A stretch of 64,000 nucleotides of DNA, from contig OZ251224.1 of the NCBI GenBank assembly GCA_965240325.2, positions 2,728,001-2,792,000 on the forward strand, read 5' to 3'. A program made the translations under genes and the position numbers. Positions 11,478 to 23,225 of this stretch are shown here, one piece after another. The notes beneath the pieces were generated by a model. The model was not told where the DNA came from. It was given only the letters and a program-made list of their open reading frames with translations, and made no database searches. The DNA is from Rebecca billardiae RCC1528 (Eukaryota; Protista; Haptophyta). Numbering within the stretch: the stretch's first letter is position 1; each line of letters opens with the position of its first letter.

Positions 11478-12842
11478 TCAGTCACCATGGTCCGCGCCAA
11501 CACGCGGGCCAACTTCGAGCAGGAAGGGCGCGCCGTTGTGCATGCCACCGGTAGCGCGCATCCCGCCGATGCCGACGAGGACGTTGGGCGCACCCTGCAC
11601 GCAGCGAATCTCGTCTCGCATGCCGAGCACGCCCCCCCACAGCCAGTCCGACCCGCGATAGCGCAGGACAAGCGCCGGCCGCCCATCGAGCACCGACGGC
11701 TGCACATCGGCCGCAAAACGCCGCGCACCCCGACCGCCCGCGAAGCGGTTGGAGCCACCGCCGAGGCCATCTGCGTCGAGCTGCTTCCCGAGCCACCTGT
11801 GCCCCGCGCCGAAGAGCACGTGGGTGATGAACTCTGTCGCCGGCCAGAGCGGGCCCAGGCGCAGGAGACTGCCGCGCAGCTCGCGGCCAGCCAGCTCGTC
11901 CACACGTGGCGGCGCACCCGCACGCCACGCTGCGAGAAGCTCGCGTTTGCGCGCGCAGGCGCGAGCCACGTCGTCCGCGGTGCGCGCCTGCGCGAGCGCC
12001 GGCGGGACCTGGGTGTCTGCAGGGCCGTTGAGCCTGACGTTCGTAGCGATGAGTGCGCCGAGCGTGCCGGCCAGTGCGGCCGCTGCGCCCCCCGCACCAA
12101 CGGCGCCGCCGCGAAAGCGGATCACGGCGTGCACGCCGGAGCGCGTCAGGCACACCTCAGTCTGCGGTTGGACGGTGCACAGCGCGCGCAGGAGCTCAAC
12201 GCTGGGCAGTCGCGACCACGGCTGCGTGAGCACGGCGACGCCCCCCGGGCGCGCAAGCTCGGCGAGCACGTGCGAGAGACGCTCCGCCCCCGCAGTGCTG
12301 ATTTCAAAGCCCCCGCAGGTGGTGCACTCCGCGCGGCGCGCAGCGAGGAGGAGGGTGGCGCCGGCGGCCGCCCAGGCCAGGGCGTATGCGCGTGGCGAGG
12401 GCGACCAGCCGCCGAGCAGCCGCGCCAGGTCGCACGACGCCGTCGCGAGTATGAACGCACCCACACTTCCGCCCGTGCGATCGCACGCGCACAGGCCCTT
12501 GTGCATCGTGACCACGTCAAACGCTCCCTTGTGCGCCGCGGCGAAGGCCTCGAGGTGCTCGGAGCGGTGGTCGACCTGGTAGAAGGTGGCGCGGCGGCCA
12601 AGTGGTGCATCCACCGCGCGGACGTCGGTGAAGGCAGCGACCGATGCGTTCGCAGCGATGCGCAGTGCCTCGACATTCGCGCCGTCGCGCCCAGCGAGAT
12701 CGAGCAGGGCGGGCGCGCGCGGGCGCAGCTTGCGCAGCCGCTCAAGCTGCACGGGCGTCGAGCGAAGCGCCGGGTCCACCGTGGTGACCCACTCCCGAGC
12801 GGTCACGCACGCGCATGCGGTGATCAAAGCGGCGATCGCCAT
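11478..12842 (-). CDS. Secreted or membrane protein with a class I SAM-methyltransferase-like N-terminal region and an uncharacterised C-terminal domain
   Basis: Signal-like MAIAALITACACVTA; LLDLAGRDG (motif I-like); FDVVTM; LARPGG; C-terminal W.GK...G.N....F....PS..DG.P.LVL.Y...RDEIR.V pattern. Confidence 0.6.
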   Translation of the reverse strand: MAIAALITACACVTAREWVTTVDPALRSTPVQLERLRKLRPRAPALLDLAGRDGANVEALRIAANASVAAFTDVRAVDAPLGRRATFYQVDHRSEHLEAFAAAHKGAFDVVTMHKGLCACDRTGGSVGAFILATASCDLARLLGGWSPSPRAYALAWAAAGATLLLAARRAECTTCGGFEISTAGAERLSHVLAELARPGGVAVLTQPWSRLPSVELLRALCTVQPQTEVCLTRSGVHAVIRFRGGAVGAGGAAAALAGTLGALIATNVRLNGPADTQVPPALAQARTADDVARACARKRELLAAWRAGAPPRVDELAGRELRGSLLRLGPLWPATEFITHVLFGAGHRWLGKQLDADGLGGGSNRFAGGRGARRFAADVQPSVLDGRPALVLRYRGSDWLWGGVLGMRDEIRCVQGAPNVLVGIGGMRATGGMHNGAPFLLEVGPRVGADHGD

Positions 12843-13563
12843 GGGCAGCAGAGATGGGCGAGAGCCGCGTGATTCACGACCTCTACCGGCAAGCGCGCTT
12901 CACACCTTCGCGCGTGTGCGTGCGAATCAGGCCGCGAGGACGCACGTGGACAGGCCACGCGCCACGCTCGCAGAGATGGCGACCTTTCGCGCCTTCGCGC
13001 GGGAAGACGTAATTTTGGCGCGAAAATATAATACCACATGCCGCTTTGTTGTTCAGGCTTCAGGGCTTCAGGCTGACTGTTGACTGTTGACTCTTCAAGA
13101 TTCTGTCACTTTCAGCTTGATCAACAATAAGTTCACAGTCGACGTGTGTCTCTGAGATTCGGCAGTCAGCTCACAGCTGAGATTGAAAATGCCACCGGAT
13201 GGTGCATGGTGATGCCCCGTGATGCCAGTACCAGCCGTGACCTTGAGCAAACTCCGATGATGCCTACCACGTCCGCTAAGACTATTTTACAAGGCTGACT
13301 CAGCCTCAGAGCGCTCCGAGCGCAGTCAGGCTCAGACCCGGGAGTCCGGAAGCTCGGACCGCGATGCGGCCAGTACTCGGTAGTCAGAGCCGCAGTACCG
13401 GGTCGCCGTCTCGGCGGGAGCGGCCCGTCGAATGAGTTGGGCGACGCCCGAGGCGGCGGACGCCTATCGGGCAGAGCTGCTCCCGCCGCGCCGACTAGAT
13501 AACGATACCCACTGCCACCAAGATCCCTGCGGGAACGGGGCGACGACGGCTTGCGCGCAGCGG

Positions 13564-14115
13564 TCAGCGGTGGTGCGCGTGTCTCGGCTCGAAGGTGTAG
13601 TCGTCATCCGATGACAGCAGCTCGTCCAGGGAGGTGATGATCTGCTTGGCGACGGGATAGTCGCTCGGATGTTGCAGGCCACGTATGAGTCCCGCAAGCT
13701 CCTCGCATAGGCTCGCCGTGGTCGACGCGTGCTTGCAGTCGCGCAGCAGCTCAGGCGAGGTGCGCAGCACGTTGATGTGCGAGCGCAGAAGCTCGTTCAG
13801 CGACATGCCGGCGGGGACGGTGTGCGCAGCGGGTGCGACGGCGAGGCGTGAAAAGACAGGTGACGGGTCGGGCGTGCTGGAAGGAAGACGAAATTCACAA
13901 GACCGAGGCGTGTCGAACCCGCCTTCCCAGTAGTGGCCACCGGGGACGTGCATGCTTGGCCTCGGCGCCTCCGCCGGAGCCGCCAGCGGCGGCGGTGGTG
14001 CCAGCGGGAGCGGAGGGGGTGCTCCTGGCGGCAACGGCGGCGGTGCTCCCGGCGGCAGTGGTGGCGGCGGCCCGGGCGGCAGTGGCGGGAAGATGTCCAA
14101 CATGGAGTTGGACAT
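13564..14115 (-). CDS. Hypothetical proline-rich protein (PPLPPG repeats), possibly transposon-derived or truncated
   Basis: MSNSMLDIFPPLPPGPPPPLPPGAPPPLPPGAPP followed by a helical-looking segment; no recognisable domain. Confidence 0.4.
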   Translation of the reverse strand: MSNSMLDIFPPLPPGPPPPLPPGAPPPLPPGAPPPLPLAPPPPLAAPAEAPRPSMHVPGGHYWEGGFDTPRSCEFRLPSSTPDPSPVFSRLAVAPAAHTVPAGMSLNELLRSHINVLRTSPELLRDCKHASTTASLCEELAGLIRGLQHPSDYPVAKQIITSLDELLSSDDDYTFEPRHAHHR

Positions 14116-14559
14116 ATCCCCCTCCCTTCCCACGCCGGTACGCCAGGGGGTGAGGTTGCCCAGTCACACAAGCCAGGTGGCACGAAGTTGGGACGGTGGG
14201 GACCTGGATGTGAGGCCGAACCACGACGACTCTTGGGGAGTAAAAGTACCCCCATCGCGCGACGGTGCTATGTAGAACTAATTACGCGGCTAAAAATTCC
14301 GGCTGGCAGCCCGCAAAGGCTTTGAAATAAAAATTGGAGTACGGCTTCGTCCCCTTGGCTTCGGCCAACGCTCGATTGACGAGCTGCGCGGTTCACCGTA
14401 TATACCTATCCACGATATGTCACTACTCGCAATCTTGCATCAGAGCATGCTCTCCCCAATGAGAGCACAGGCTTCAATTTTCACTACTCAGGCTGGTATC
14501 TTTTGGTATTTGTCACAGCGTTGGGTGTTTAGAGAATATTCCAGAGTGGATGATGCTTA

Positions 14560-17500
14560 CAGGTGGATACGGGTCAACTGGACAGCGGCCGGCCCAACTC
14601 ACGGGGCGCCATTGTGCCCGCGGCTCCGGCTCCCACCGCGGTGCGCGCGTTCGAGCGGGTGGCTGTGCGAGTTCGCATGAGCAGTCACGGGTCGTGGCGT
14701 GCCTCGGGTGGACGAGGGTGCCGTGGTACATCCCACAGTGGCCAACAGTCTCCGGGGCTAACTGGACAGTGCGCGCCCGCGAGCGACCACGTGAGGCGTA
14801 TGGTCTTTTCCAGGGTGGGCGAGGCCTCTCTGTGCCGCCCCTGGACCTGACGACCACGTCCCAGCAGCCACGTGCCGGTACGCGCCATACGCGTCGATCC
14901 CCAGGCGCGCACGTCGGTACGCGCACCTGTTTTGCACCTGTTTTGCAGCCGCATGCAAGCCAGGAGCCGCGCCCGCGGGTGGAGGGAGGCCTACAGACGG
15001 TGCGGAAGCACTCGAAGACTCGCTGCTGGACCTTAACGTCCCACCCCACCTGCCCCTGCTGCTGCGCACCGCATGTCCGCTCGCGCTCGCGCGCGCAGAC
15101 TAGGTCGTCAACGAGATATGAGAAACGGCTTCCGTGGGACTTCCCGCCCTCTGGTGCGGGCGCTGTCAAGGGGCGTACTAACGAGAGCTGCTGCTGCTTC
15201 ACCAGTGGCTCACGAGATGGAAATATGATTCGAGTCACATGCGCTCTATCGGTCGGTCACACAGGCAAGACGGTCAAGTACTACATCGGCGTGCCGCTCG
15301 GTGCAACGGGCGGCGTCACGGGCGCAGCAGCTGCAGCTGCCACGGAGCTGTGGTGCGGCTGGGTGTACACCGTCGTCGGCGTAGGCGGTGGCATATACCA
15401 CGAGAATGCCGGCTGCACGCTCGCCACCGAGTGCCCGCTCATCGCGAAACCGCTGAACGGCTGGGCAGTTGGCGTGGCACCAGCAGGCGGCGTGCGCGCG
15501 AGCGCCAGCGCCTGCGGCTGCGCCGCGCCGAACTGCGGTGCGCAGCTGCCAGAGCTCATCGGCATCGGCATCGGCATCGGCGTCAGCATCGACTGCGGGG
15601 GCTGCAGCGACTGTGAGACGGATGTCGGTGGCTGCTGCGAGAGCGGCGAGGCCTGCGAGGGTGGCGGCAGCCACTGCGAGGAGGGCAGCGCCGTGGGCTG
15701 CTGCGAGGGCGGCGGGCACGGCGGTGGCGCGGACAGCGGCAGCTGGGCTGGCGCTGCTGCGGTGCTCGCGGCGGCCGTCGACTGCCTCTTCTCTTTGCAA
15801 GCCGCCTTCTGGCACGCGTTCTTCTTCACCTCGCCGCACTGCGCGCACTGCTTGAAGCGCCGGGCCGTGCACTCGCTGCCGCGGCCACACACGCAGGCGG
15901 CGGCGCAGAGCGCGAAGCTGCGTGTGCGCTCCTCCCGCTCGCGCTCAGCTGCGGCACGGTCGTCGCCCTTCTTCTGCTCCTCGGCCTTTTGCTCGTCGAT
16001 GGCGGCCGAGATCGCCTGGCGGTTGACGGCGCCCCACTGGCTCACCCGCTTGCCCCTCTGCATGCCGTCGTCCTTCTTCGCTTTCACTGCCGCTTCCCAG
16101 CCGAACACCTCGCGATTGCCCAGGCACGGCAGGCGCGGATCGCGCTGCTGAAACGCGATGATCGAGCGCAAGCTCTCGATCTGTTTGTTCTGCTGCTCGA
16201 TCGTGTGCTCGAAACCGCGCTTGCTGCCCGCTCGCACATCAAGCGGCGGCGGCTGCGGGATGTACTCGACAGGTGGCTGCGGCGGCACGAACGCCGCGCG
16301 CGCTGCAGCGGGCGCCGGTGCAGCAGCTGCCGTGCGGGTCAGCGCCGCTGTGTGCGGCGCTGCACCAACGGCAGCCGGCGCGGCTGCTGCGGCCGGCTGC
16401 GCGCTTGCCGCAGCATCGACAGCCAAGCACGCCCCGCGGCTGCTGGCGAGAGCCGCGGAGTTCCACTTCGTCGGTTTCATGAGGTGAACGCCGACACCGC
16501 CGACGCTGATGCCGACGCGACGCCATGCGTTCGTCACCTTACGGCGCACCGCCCAATTCCGCACAGCGGTGGCATGCAGCGCGAGGAAGGTGAACTTGTC
16601 AACCCGCGCGTACTTGGTTGGCGGCGGCCGCGGCGGGCCGCCGCCGCTGCTGCTGCCACGAGTCGGCCGCGCCGCCGTCACAGCAGCAGCAGCAGCAGCC
16701 GTTGTCGTAGTCGTCGTAGTCGTCGCGGCAGCAGCAGCAGCGTCGCTGCGGCGACTCATCGTCGTAGCAGTCTCAGTCGTAGTCGTAGTAGTAGTAGCAG
16801 TCGCGGCACGGTAGCAGCCGGCGCGGCCGCCGCGAGCCGCGCGGCGGGCGCGGGCGCGGCGCGGCTGCTGGCCGCGGCCGCGACCGCGCCCGGCGCGCTG
16901 GCCGCAGTCGTGTGAGCGGGCGAGCTCGCCGGCGGGCCCTCGTCTTCAGACGAGGCCGCCGAGTCGTCGTCCATGTCCGCGTCCTCGTCGTCCGACGACT
17001 CATCATCGCCCTGCTGCACGCGCGAGGGCAACAGAGTGTGCGTCTGGTGGTTGATGTTGAGGTTGAGCTCGTCGGCGCCTAGGTCCGCGCGAGCGCGCGC
17101 GCGCTGAGCGGCGAGCTCCTGCTCGCTCGCCCACTTCTTGAACTTCTTCTTCTCGTCGTTGTACCTGCCGTGCAGGTCGGCACCAATCTGGTCGACCATC
17201 TGCAGGTCGCCGGTGGTGTCCGGAGGGCTGATGATCATCACCGACTCCCGGCCCAGGCCGTCAGAGTCGAGCGCGGCCGTGCCCTCGAACGCAAGCATGC
17301 ATGGCTCGCCGAATCGCGAGATGTGGCCGTCCGAGATCAGGGCGAACGGGAATCGCAGCTTCTTCGTCTTTCGCGTCTCGATGATGACCCTGACCAGCTC
17401 GCCGAACGTGTCGCCGGTCTGAGTCCCCTTCTCCGACGTGGCAAACAGCACCTCGTACTTTTTGCCCTCGCTGTCGAGAAAGAGATCGAGCAACTTGTGC

Positions 17501-18529
17501 GAGAACGTCCCGGTTGTCCAGTACGACTGCGCGAAGTTGTACTGCGTCACGACGATGGAGCCGCTCAGGTCGAGCACGGGCGTGAACGAGACGCATGTGC
17601 GCTCCTCGCCCTGTGCCTTGCGCACGGAAGAGCCGGTCGCGCCGATCGCCATGTTGTTGCGCGAGCACGTGCCGTAGTCCAAGAACTGCGGGATCTCGTC
17701 GAGTTGGAGAACGCAATCGGGATGGATGATGATGCCGGCCGAGTTGGAGATGTTAAGCTGCCTGAAAGCGGCATCACAGTTCTTCAGGTGCTGCACGGCA
17801 CGCTCCATCGTGCACGCACCGAGCCGCTTCTGGGACGTGTGTGCGCACAGCGCCTCCTTGATGTCACGATGCTCCGCGAAGAATCGCTCCATCCAGTCTT
17901 GGCCCAGCTCGCCTCCGTCGACGACGCGCTGCGCGTGCTCACTGAGCGGAATCTTCTTGCGACCGCCCATCGCGTTTGACGCCGCGCGGTACCGCAGCAT
18001 CGCGAGCACGACCTCCGATATGCTCTCGCGCGTGATCGCCTGCTCCGCCATGTTCTTCAACTTCGCGTACTTCACGACCCGAGCCTCCTCGGCAACGGTC
18101 AGGACACGCAAGCTCTCGCGCACGCTGAAGTGGAAGGCCGTGCCCATCTGAGCTGCGTTGAGCGCGCGATTCAGCGTCGACCGCGTCACGAGCGGCCAAC
18201 CAGTCTTGAGCTCGTCGTTGTTCACCGCCTGGTACGCGCTCACATCATTCGCGAGGCAGTACTTGACCGCGAGCTGGAGCTGCGCCTGCACCTCCGCCTT
18301 TTCACGGGCAGCGATCTGCTTGGTCGCCTTGTTGGGTGGCTCCTTCAGCGCTGCCGCAGCGCCGAGCGCGAACGCGCCTGTACGTGGCGGCGGTGGCGCC
18401 GCCGTCGCGGCCGGCGACATCCGCGATTCATGACAATGTGTCCACCGGTCGCTCCGCGCGGAGCGCAGTCCTGCCCGCCGCTCCGACTGTCCAGTTAGCC
18501 CCGGTGTCCAGTTGACCCGTATCCACCTG
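14560..18529 (-). mobile_element. Full-length Tc1/mariner-superfamily (pogo/Fot1-like) DNA transposon
   Basis: Perfect 25-bp TIRs CAGGTGGATACGGGTCAACTGGACA (14560-14584) and its reverse complement (18505-18529); TA on both outer flanks (14558-59, 18530-31); internal DDE transposase. Confidence 0.95.
15281..18420 (-). pseudogene. Pogo-like transposase (HTH, CENP-B-type HTH, DDE_1, C-terminal Cys cluster) split by an apparent 1-nt frameshift near 16809
   Basis: LTVAEEARVV...GQDWMERFFAEH (CENP-B-type HTH); LDE, SDGHISR and LQMVD catalytic Asp motifs. The typical DDE C-terminus VTNAWRRVGI lies in the second ORF (15281-16759). Confidence 0.8.
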
Positions 18530-18809
18530 TATCCGGCATGTATAATAATACTGTGCGTCTCTTATTCTTAGTAAACTGTATACGCCATTATGGCGTACAT
18601 CAATGCAGCTATCGAGAGATTAAACAGCGGGGGCCTAGCGGCCTTTTCCCGGTGGGGCTGGTCGAACACAGCGCGTCTAGGACGCGACGGAGAAGCTTGC
18701 CAGTGCCAGCAGACTAGACGACGATGGGACGAGTTGGCCGTTCAGCGCTGACTAACGGTATCATCCGGGCTGCCGCGTCACTTCGCGCGTCGCGCGTGCG
18801 ATTTAGCCG

Positions 18810-19586
18810 TTAGCCAGGCGTCTGCAAGGCCCACCGAGGCGCCAGCGAGGCGCGCGTCGATGCAGTCGTCGCTGCGCACGGCCGCTCGGGCACGGCGGCA
18901 CGGCAACGGCACGCACCGATCACGCCGTGCGTGCGCGCGTCGGCCATCGACGCGTGGTAGTCGTGCAGCAACTGCAGCTCCGTGGGGTTTTCCGCACGTC
19001 GTGCGCGCTGCTGCTGCCGGACGCCCAGATGGCGCGCGACCGCGTCGGTCGCGGCGGCCTCGCGCGCCGCGCGCGGGGCGGCTCGACGCGCGGCGTGACC
19101 CTCGCGGCGCTCCGCGTTGCGCGCCTCGTCCACGCCGTTCAGCGTGCTCGCCAGCCGCGCGCGCAGCTGCGCGAGGCACGCGTCGAGCGCTGCCGGCGTC
19201 TCGCAGTTTGGGTGCGAGGCCGCGGGCGCGCGCGCGCCGGGGCGCGTGGCCTCGTGCGGGTGCACGGCGAGGCGCGCCAGGTCCACAAACGGCTCGTCGC
19301 GCAGTTCCAGCGCGCGCAGCCCGGCGACGCGCGCGTCCCAGCGCGCGACGTGTTTGGACAGCGCGTTCGACATGCGCGCGCCGCCCGCGTCGCCCTCGCC
19401 GCGGTACCGGCGGATGAGAATGGCCAGGGCTGCACGCACGTTGGCGAATTGCGCGCACGCCGCCGCGCTCCGCCTCCGCATCTGCACGACACACGCCGCG
19501 TAGACCACGAACGAATCCAGCTCGTGCACGACATCGTCAGCCGACGTGGCGATGTCGGGCCGACGGCGGCCAAAGTCACGACTCAC
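18810..19586 (-). CDS. Hypothetical protein; start uncertain (GTG), possibly a fragment
   Basis: 258-aa ORF with plausible helical composition and no recognised motif. Confidence 0.3.
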   Translation of the reverse strand: MSRDFGRRRPDIATSADDVVHELDSFVVYAACVVQMRRRSAAACAQFANVRAALAILIRRYRGEGDAGGARMSNALSKHVARWDARVAGLRALELRDEPFVDLARLAVHPHEATRPGARAPAASHPNCETPAALDACLAQLRARLASTLNGVDEARNAERREGHAARRAAPRAAREAAATDAVARHLGVRQQQRARRAENPTELQLLHDYHASMADARTHGVIGACRCRAAVPERPCAATTASTRASLAPRWALQTPG

Positions 19587-19736
19587 GATGTGCCCGTCCC
19601 GACCAGGGACCCGGCGTCGCGGCAGGCGCTTTCCGTACCGTTACCGTATTGTATAGGCGGTATGAACTGGGTAAGGGGGTACCGCTAAGATCGCCGCCAG
19701 ATTTGTGGGAATCGCAACGACATCTCTATGCGGCGC

Positions 19737-19834
19737 GCGCAAAAATTAACCACATGCGCTTCGATTCCCGAGGCGGGCCCTAATTGGCGCAAAAATTAAC
19801 CAAGTGCGTTCTCGATTCCCGAGGCGTGCCTAAT
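19737..19834. repeat. Two-copy ~50-bp direct repeat
   Basis: GCGCAAAAATTAACCA..TGCG..TCGATTCCCGAGGCG.GCC.TAAT at 19737 and 19787. Confidence 0.9.
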
Positions 19835-22071
19835 CATAAAACGTTTGAGGCCTCATTCTTCGTATTCCTACTCCGGTATTACTTGGGACAGCAGTACGTC
19901 ACACACAATTAAAGGGGGTCGGAGCTGGGTCTCCCAGGGCTTTCTCACGAATTAAAATTGTTTAAAGCTGTGTTCACCAGAATATGGCGGCGGGATCTTT
20001 TCAATAACCAGCCACCAGACGCACATCAAGTTGCGCGCTCCACTTCGATCGCCGCCCCGGGGCGTGGCCGTGCCGGTTGGTCGGCCGGTCTTCTCGGCGC
20101 CCCGAGGCGTGTCGTCCGCGTTTCCTCGCACCAATATGCGACGGTGTGGCAAAGGTGGTTGCCAAAGCATGCTGCTTCGCCTTGCCACCCCACCAGCTCT
20201 ATACGGTACACAGCCGTCAGCCGCCACCGCTCCTTCTTGAGCTAGTGAAAATGTGAAATGCTTCCGTTGAACGTCAGATTCATAACGTGATCGCAGGAGC
20301 TTGGGTGGCCTGATGGCCAGGCCTTTTTCTGTTAGACTACGACACAATGCGCACCACACGCACCCGAGCCACGTGGAAAGAGAGCTTGTTGTCTCAGAAG
20401 TATGGGGATCGCAGTACGTCTGACTCGCAGGCAGGGGCGTGAGGGGGTGGGAGCTGAGCTGACCTGACTGACCACGTGCGGCGGTGGGGTCGTGGGGAAA
20501 GCTACTGGGACGGCCGTGAGAGGGGCATGAACCACATGCCCACTGACGGGCACTATAATGTTGGTATTGCAACCGACAAGCAAGCGCTGTGGGATTCATC
20601 GTCCGTTTCATCAAAGAATGGAACTCTGGAATCTGTGTTGTTTGCACTTTGACGCCGTCGCGCCGTGCAGCAACGCGACCGCGGACTGCGAGTGGTCAGG
20701 ACGCCCCCTCGCCGTTCGCGGATTTAGTGATTGCTAGGCGGTAGCCTCGGGTCCGGATGCCAGTGGGCCGTCGTACCCGTCGGACTGGTCGCCGTCTGAG
20801 TCAGGATCGGTGGTGGTGACCGGACGCTCCGTCATCATCATCCGTCCCGGACCCGGTGTTTCCGCGGCGGTTCGTAGTAGGCGCCGGCTCTCGCGGCCTG
20901 ACGCCACCGGCGCCGTCATGCCGGCATTCGGGCGCCCACGCCCGCGGGCGCGGCCGTGGGACAGGCGCCCAGTCGGAACGGCGGCGGTCGACCGCCGTCG
21001 ACCTATAGATTGAAGTATACTGACCAGACTATATAGCTCACACGCAGTACGTCGTCGTCACGCACCGCAGAACCTGAATGACGACTCAGTCAATAGCGCC
21101 GCAATGCGGGCGCGGGGCGGGTGGCGCATATTGCGACTACGGAGTAGCCTCAGGTCAGAGGACTCACTGAGTGAGTAGTGACACTGACACTGCCATTTGA
21201 CCGCTGAGCCCCAGACAGACTGACAACTGAGCGCGACACTGTCAGCACCTGCACCTGAGCCAGCCAGCCAGTGTCGGCGCCTCTAGCTAGTAGTCGGCCA
21301 CGTAGGCCACTCGGACTCAGTCAGTAGTGAGACTTCGTTTGGCTCCGACTGGTGCACTCACTGGCCCCCCGGCAGTCCCCTGGGCTGGCACTCCTCTAGT
21401 TCAGTAACTAGATTTTGATGACTCTGACATTATTACTAGCTATCGCACTTGAATCCAGTATTATTCGGCAGCTAGTAGTTCAATAACTGAAGCAGTACAG
21501 ACTACAGTGAGCTGGCCTAGCCTGAAGCCTGGCGGCAGAGCCGCAGATGTGACTACCGTAAGCTACATACGGCTATGCATCGGATGAATTGTCACTGCTA
21601 CAGTGCGGTCAAATTTCACGCTGGCGGCTGGGCCGCGCTGTCCGAGTGGTGCGTCCGCGGCCACTGCAGCTGGCAGTCACTACTTAGTCACTTGTGTCAG
21701 AGACATCGAATCTAGCGTTCTATAGTATTACTCACTCGCGCCTGGGAGTACTCGGTGTCAATGAGTCAGCCAGAGCCCAGCAGGGTAAGTAAGCACCGGG
21801 TCGTCCGCGCGGCTCGTCTAGTCTGAACCAGGGGCCGAGACCGTCGTCCGCGCCGCCACTCGCGAGCACGGAATAACGCAATAATCCAGATTCCGATGAG
21901 CCATGAGGACTGTACACATCACTTATCAGTGCTGCTCACTACTCCGACGTAGTAATATTATAACTACTGCATCAGCCTACTCAGCAGCGGTCGCGGACGC
22001 GGAACGCGCCGACGATGATAAGCCTCGTCGCGCCCTCGTAGTGCCGAGTCGGAGGCTCACAAGGGTCGTTA

Positions 22072-22073
<2 letters not shown>

Positions 22074-22145
<72 letters not shown>

Positions 22146-22146
22146 G
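22074..22146. repeat. (AT)n microsatellite of about 30 units followed by (TATG)n
   Basis: Directly visible. Confidence 0.98.
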
Positions 22147-23225
22147 TTACTATGATATTCACACTACTCTGAAATCTAATTACGATCGTCGTTACCGGCC
22201 CCAGATTCTAATTTGCGGGTCACAGTCACTTATAATTAAACCTGAACCGTACTACGAGTAACCGTCGGAGTTGGTGGTCTTGGTGCCAGGTGGACTCCCG
22301 ACAATCGCGCGCACTCCGACTCGTCGGGCCGCCGGTGAGTCAGTCCGACTCGGCGTCATAAGTTAGACTGCGCTGTCAGCGCCGCACGCGGCACGGCCGG
22401 GCACGGACGGTCACTCCGAAATCGGACGGTCCGCCTTCATGTACGGTCCACCAGTTGACTCATAAGTTACAGGGCACTACTGTCTACTCACTCACTAAGT
22501 AGTCACTAACTTGAGTGAGACTTAGCATCCGACAGTCTGCTCATCATTAAGTCTCGTCACCGTCTGTCTCAACATGGTGATGGTCTGAAGGCTTGCGGCT
22601 GTTAATGCGGAACCTAAACTTAAAGTCGCTGCATGTTCAATTATAACAATTATTATTATTATATGTATATATATCATCCGTAAATCCGGGGCCGGGCACG
22701 CAAGGCCGACCCCTGACCGGGCTGCCGCACTGAGTGACCCGTCCCGCGTCTGTGGCCGCGGGCCGTCGCCGCCGTCGGTCTGAGTGAGACGGTCGATCCG
22801 AGTGTTAGCTTTAGATATCAGTGTAGTCAGTGTGAGGAGTGTGATCTGATGATTCTGAACACCGCGCCCGACGCCCCGTCACCGGTCTCGGTTCAATTAG
22901 TGAATACTGAATTACGATGCCAGTCTCGTCCGAGAAATCTAAGTCTAACTCGCCCTCGGCGGCATTATATACTGCTTATAATATACGTACTGTCTGCGTG
23001 ATCAGATGTATCATATAATATCTAAATAATATGTATGATCAGCATCAGCTGCTACTAGTCTTAGGAGTCTGTATATACCATTAGAAGGGCAAATCGGCAG
23101 AGTAGTGAGTGTGGGTCACTGCAACCAATCGGCTTTCCGCATGGTCGTACGTACGGCCCGGTGATGAATCGGCGGCGCCGGGAGTCCTACTGCGGCGCCG
23201 GGTACGGCGCCGCCACTCTCCCTGC

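Noticed and set aside
13255-13300. ATGATG...CTGA as a C/D box snoRNA
   Set aside because: Too short, no terminal stem or recognisable rRNA guide; CTGA is ubiquitous in these spacers.
14550-16151. 533-aa Cys/Gly-rich plus-strand ORF as transposon cargo
   Set aside because: Largely the antisense of the Gln/Pro/Ala-rich transposase C-terminus; no independent domain.
19952-20647. 231-aa minus-strand ORF in an AT-richer segment
   Set aside because: No motif and atypical codon usage; cannot be supported as a gene.
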